DNA of 52,402 nucleotides, filler included, from Catajapyx aquilonaris (Eukaryota): NCBI GenBank assembly GCA_000934665.2. It is 2 parts of 2 records of this genome, joined end to end, with 100 filler letters (N's around TTAATTAATTAA, not from the genome) between each part and the next. Parts side by side here need not be neighbours in the genome. Positions count along the whole stretch, not along the records: positions 26,249 to 52,402 come from JYFJ02005250.1; 1 more part is not named here. One strand, 5' to 3'. Shown piece by piece: positions 48,001 to 52,402 of this stretch (position 1 is its first letter; each line of letters starts with the position of its first letter). The notes under the pieces were generated by a model. It saw only the letters and a program-made list of their open reading frames with translations, ran no database searches and was not told where the DNA came from. The position numbers and the translations under genes were made by a program.

Positions 48001-48500
48001 CGATGATGGTGATGCAACGAGACCTGCTGGTTGCCCGACTTTTCGAGAAGGTTTTTCCGTGTTGTGAGTAATGAAAGGAAAAGAAAAAAGAGGAGCCGCT
48101 GGAGGGTGCGTGCCAACAACCGGTTATTGCGGGGCAATACAAGGAGAGGGGGATGGGTGGATGAGGAGAGAGAGAGCGGACAACATACTACTATACTGAC
48201 CTGCCTTCTCCTGCTGGTGGTGGTGGAAGTGGATGAAGACGATCCTTCATCTCCATCACCTGGTCTTCCCCCCTCCCTCATCTCTTCCTGGCCGGCAACA
48301 GCAGCGGCAGCGAGCGTGGCAGCCGCGGCTACTTCCGCATCCTGGTCGATCTCGTTGCTGAGGAAGACGGATCCAGCGGCCTGGACCACGCTGCTGCCGG
48401 TCATCGTCGTCATCGTCGCGCTCAGGAGGAGCAACATCAGGCCGGGAGAGGGACTACCAGAGGGGGAGGACGGACCGGAAGAGATGCCGAAGTAAGCCAT
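44290..48500 (-). CDS. Secreted cysteine-rich protein, Argos (giant-lens)/scoloptoxin-11-like, 4 exons, ~313 aa
   Basis: Exons 48500-48201, 47244-47065, 44953-44672, 44469-44290, all phase 0 and GT-AG (the last acceptor is weak). Hydrophobic signal LMLLLLSAT. 16 Cys in three modules (6-4-6), each with a CxC: LPMC..ACAFLQVN..ICRC..CPLTWDQLDGRSVTQGSDQYKFC; RRC..MCRCP..YVC; HRC..SCK..PKCKC..SCP..RCQ. Confidence 0.8.
46421..46525. mobile_element. Fold-back palindromic MITE, copy 2 (same family as 3791-3897)
   Basis: CGCTCAAAAACATAAAGAAGATTTTGCATTTAACTCAAGTGCAG...TGCAAAATCGTCTCTATGTTTTTCAGC aligns by eye with copy 1. Confidence 0.75.
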
Positions 48501-49442
48501 GGCACACTCAGTCACACACCCTCAACAATCTGCTGCCGATGTTGTCGGGGCTGCCCGAATGGCACCACCACCACCACCACCGCCTCGACCTCTGACTTCC
48601 TTCCTCTTCTTCCCCGGATTGGGGGTGGTGCACCTGCTGCACTGGGCCCTCTCAGCCGTGCGTCTCCTCCGGCAATGTCCGCAGCAGCACTCTATCTGCC
48701 CCTTATATGGATGCTTACTGCCACCCCGCACACACCTATCAACCACCACCAACCACTCTGGCAAGGCAACGGACGGTGCCGGATGGGCGGCCTCTTTCTG
48801 TCCCTCTGATCTTCTTTTGCAGACAACTCGCCCAACCAACCAACCAACCACCTGCCCTTATTCACAGCTTCTTTGCCACTGCTCTTCTGTCTCTCCGCTG
48901 TCTTCACCGCCGAGTGTCTCGAAACTTATCCTCTTAAACCCCCCAGCAGCCCCCACCCCTCCCTATATTTCCCCTCTGGCCATCCACAACTCCCTCCTGA
49001 GGCAGGCAGGCAGGCAGCCAGCCAACCAGTCCCGATGCCCCTGCGCAGGGTCCTCACCTCTCACACTCGCTCCAGCAGAGGCCCCATCCCCCAACACAAC
49101 GAACACGACACGACACACACACATCACATACACCCTGGGTGTACTACCTCTATACCCGCCAGCCTCACAGATAGGTGCAAATAAAATCACCACTTTACAG
49201 GCTACCTATATACTCTCTCTGCATGTATGTATATGCCACACCATACCATCCTTTCCTTCCTATGCTTATTGGCGGTCTCCTCCACCTGGGGGATGGCCAT
49301 GAACCCATGATTACCGTATATTCAAGCACCATCACTTGGGATCTGCTCCTTCGAGGTGCTGATGGGCGGGTTGCTTTTCCCATTCATACTTCTCCTGGAC
49401 AACGGCCTCATTCGCGCCCCAGATCTGGGGATTGTGCCGCTA

Positions 49443-49958
49443 TAGATGGGTCGTTATACGATCGCAACCATCGCGCAGATCACGTGCCGCAGTGGATGCA
49501 ATCCTGGAATGAAGCGGGATTTGTGCTTAGGCAGGATATGAGCTGAAAACACGTGGCCCTTATTTCTAACACTGGCCAAGATCCAGGAAGTATGGCCGCC
49601 TCCAAGTAGAGCTTTTGGATGATTTCGAGGCAGATATCTGCACTTTACCATGGCGGCGTGTCGCAAAGTTGGCTTGGACCCTCCTGAGGAAGTAGGCGAT
49701 GACCCTCGGAAGAGGAGGACGTTGAGAAGCCAAACACGAGAAGTCGTCCATCGGGTGTACACTTACTTCAAGAGAGAAAAAGAGGCAGGTGAGCCCCTCT
49801 GCGACGTTGCCAGAGCTACCGAAAGAACAGCTGAGGCCACGGGTGTAAATGGACGCGATTGCATTTCCCGCCGGAAACTTGGCAACGTTGTGGGAAGGGG
49901 GTGTGTCCTGCGCGAATGGACGTCCAAAAGCGGTTGCGATCGTTTATTGACCCATCTA
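49443..49958 (+). mobile_element. Internally deleted IS630-Tc1-mariner (Sailor-like) element retaining the transposase N-terminus
   Basis: TIR TAGATGGGTC..ACGATCGCAACC / GGTTGCGATCGT..GACCCATCTA, TA TSD. The ORF at 49650 begins LRSQTREVVHRVYTYFKREKE..ERTAEATGV (HTH-like), similar in layout to [21 protein letters not shown] in the 14576 element. Confidence 0.7.
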
Positions 49959-49981
49959 TAGTCAGGCGCCCAAAATTGGCA

Positions 49982-50078
<97 letters not shown>
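49982..50078. repeat. (TAC)n(TAA)n compound microsatellite
   Basis: Directly visible. Confidence 0.95.
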
Positions 50079-51288
50079 TGTGGCGTTTAAAAGACCCGTC
50101 CCTCTTTTCCCCGTGAGAGGAAAGGGCCATTCCGTATAGGCTCAGGTTGGGGGGGATGAAGTTTGTCGTGGATAACGAGTTGTAATACCGCATAGAGAGT
50201 TGTAAGAGCCTATACGTGATGATGGGCGTGTTCAGCGGGACACATAATTAGACCCCCGAGTGAGGCGAAATTGGCCACACACTAGCAGCATCCATCCGAG
50301 TATAGTGTGTGTATATAATTATATAGAATGCTTTTCAATAAAATTGTATCGCATCTATAATTATAGGCCCTGTCTGTCTGCCTCCCTCTCTCACGCATTA
50401 GGCGATGGTGACAAAGAAAGACCCCAATAATGCAGCATATAAAACCACTCCCTCAGCGTCAATCAATACGGAAAATTTAAACTACACAATTATTGTGCAC
50501 AATCGGGACTGCCACGCACAATAGATCTATTCTTTGCGAATTTCCCCTCTCTCGGCAGCCTCTTCCCATTATGATTTATCCTCATTAATGTCACATCTTT
50601 CCCACAAATGGCGAAGGGAAAAGGAGAGACTTATTGATTCATCTCCAATCCGACAAGAGCCTTTGTTTGCCTCTATACAAATGTCTATTGTCGCCACCGC
50701 AGTCAGCCCTGCTCGACTCTTGCAGCAGCATAATGCCCATCATTCATACAATATTATTTGAAGGAATGCGATACTGTAGAGAGAGGGTGTGTCCATCCAT
50801 ATACAGGAGTATTGTACACATGTGTGCAGGCGGAGAGAGGTGGACGTCATGCAGCAGCATCAGGTCATACAGCGTGTCTAAGAATTTAGCTCTTCACATC
50901 CGCACCATTATTGCATCATTGACATAGAAATCATTTCGGAGACGCTCACCCAACTGTTAACCAATCCTCGGCAATATTATTAGTTCGGCATCGTTGGAAA
51001 TCCCATTCCATGGACTTTCCAATCATGCAAATCACTCGACGCTAACGGATTGTTTCCTCCGGCAACCACTTTCAGGACCAACAACAATCACGATAAGTTA
51101 ATGAGGTCCTCATGTTTACCGCTTCCAACAGACCTGCCAGAAAGTTTAGGGACACCCTCCCAAACTGTATTTCATCTTCTTCCTGTCCCCAAACCTTTGG
51201 ACAAATCGATCATTTTTCCTGCACCAGTCAATTCTACGTAAAAACCGATCCATTACGACAATCATATTACTTTGAAGTGTACGCCTAA

Positions 51289-51769
51289 TAGAGTCTGCGT
51301 AATTAATTATCAAAGTATTTTAATGCTGCTGTATTTATGGCACTTCCTAAGCTGTCATATTTTCTCTCGCGGAAATGCTGAGGTGTATGACTATGAAATT
51401 TTGAGGAAAAAAAGTTCAGAGGGTACTGTATGTGGTAGTAACTTCAGAAAAAATTAGAAAAATTTATTTGGCAAAGTAAAAAAAATGGCGCCATTGTGTG
51501 AGTGATATTTCCAATTTAGTATGGGATTTTGTACGGACTGAACGTTTTGCAAACTGTTTGCCAATTTCGCAGTTTTTTTTACTTTGCCAAAGGAATTTGT
51601 CAAATTTCTTCTCAAGTTACTACCACATACAGTACCTTTTGGACTATTTTTCCTCAAAATTTCATAGTCATCCACCTCAGCATTTCCATGAGAGAAAATA
51701 TGACAGCTTAGAAAGTGTCATAAATACAGCAGCATTAAAATACTTTAATAAGTAATTACGCAGACTCTA
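51289..51769. mobile_element. Non-autonomous DNA element with ~200-bp TIRs
   Basis: TAGAGTCTGCGTAATTA...TAATTACGCAGACTCTA, arms complementary over ~200 bp. No clear TSD. Confidence 0.75.
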
Positions 51770-52402
51770 CCTGGCCCATCTTAAACTGGTGGCATGCATC
51801 TCCCAGCGTTATCGAAGGCAGACACTGTACCACATTGAGTACTGAGAAAATGCGAAGACGCAACCAGCAGCATAAAAGGAACAATCCGCGTCCTGAATGC
51901 AATGTCAATTCATCCAACTCGATGCCCATCCACCCACCAGTAGCCTCCTGCTTGTGACATGCTCCATCCATATACACTATCTAATTAGTACAACTTGGCA
52001 ATATAAGATGAAACAACAATCAAATGAACCCTAGGAAAGAAATAAAGAGAATGAATCAGAGCGTAAGCGGGTCGTCTTCACCCACCCATCCGGTGCCTCT
52101 GCACAATGAACACGTATACAGTAGCTAGCTGCACTGTACTCGTCATTCCAGGAATTTCCAGATCGAGTGAAACGTAACTGAAAAAGGGGGCCGTTCCATC
52201 GCGGTGAAAAAGGTGGAGGAATCAAAATGGAAGAATATCCATCCGGTTGGTGTATAGGTGGGTCGTGGGTGGGTGTACTGTACGAGATACACGTCTAGAG
52301 GACCAGAGCAGTAAATGGAATTGGTAACCTGGTGGTGGAGACGGCACGCCTCTCCTCCTCATGACGTGCATCCAAGGCAGCATGCTGGACTGTATAAAGA
52401 AA

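Noticed and set aside
48499..49302. 267-aa + strand ORF head-to-head with the Cys-rich gene
   Set aside because: Pro/Ser/Thr low-complexity reading of simple repeats in the antisense 5' region. No domain or splice support.

Overview
Eukaryotic, most likely arthropod, genomic DNA: intron-rich, TE-rich, with no prokaryotic features. A 100-bp artificial spacer (44 N + TTAATTAATTAA + 44 N, 26149-26248) splits the window, so the two halves may not be adjacent in the genome. The left half holds the last exon of an ENPP-family phosphodiesterase (ENPP6-like), a decayed Academ-type transposon (XPG nuclease + CXC), and a complete 6-exon GRWD1 gene. GRWD1 intron 4 contains a nested stack: a Sailor-like DD84E transposon carrying a Tourist MITE and a LINE with a 2A-like motif. 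A TE graveyard follows. The right half holds a complete 6-exon TRPA-subfamily channel (pyrexia/waterwitch-like) with a divergent S6 motif, a convergent intronless ionotropic receptor, and a 4-exon secreted 16-Cys Argos/scoloptoxin-11-like gene. MITEs, fold-back palindromes, SINEs and microsatellites are scattered throughout. No wholly new system can be demonstrated from sequence alone. The best leads are the divergent TRPA next to an IR, the Argos/toxin-like precursor, the direct-repeat-flanked intron in the transposase, the 2A-like motif and the composite Academ element. Family assignments come from motif recognition by eye; no database search was run.
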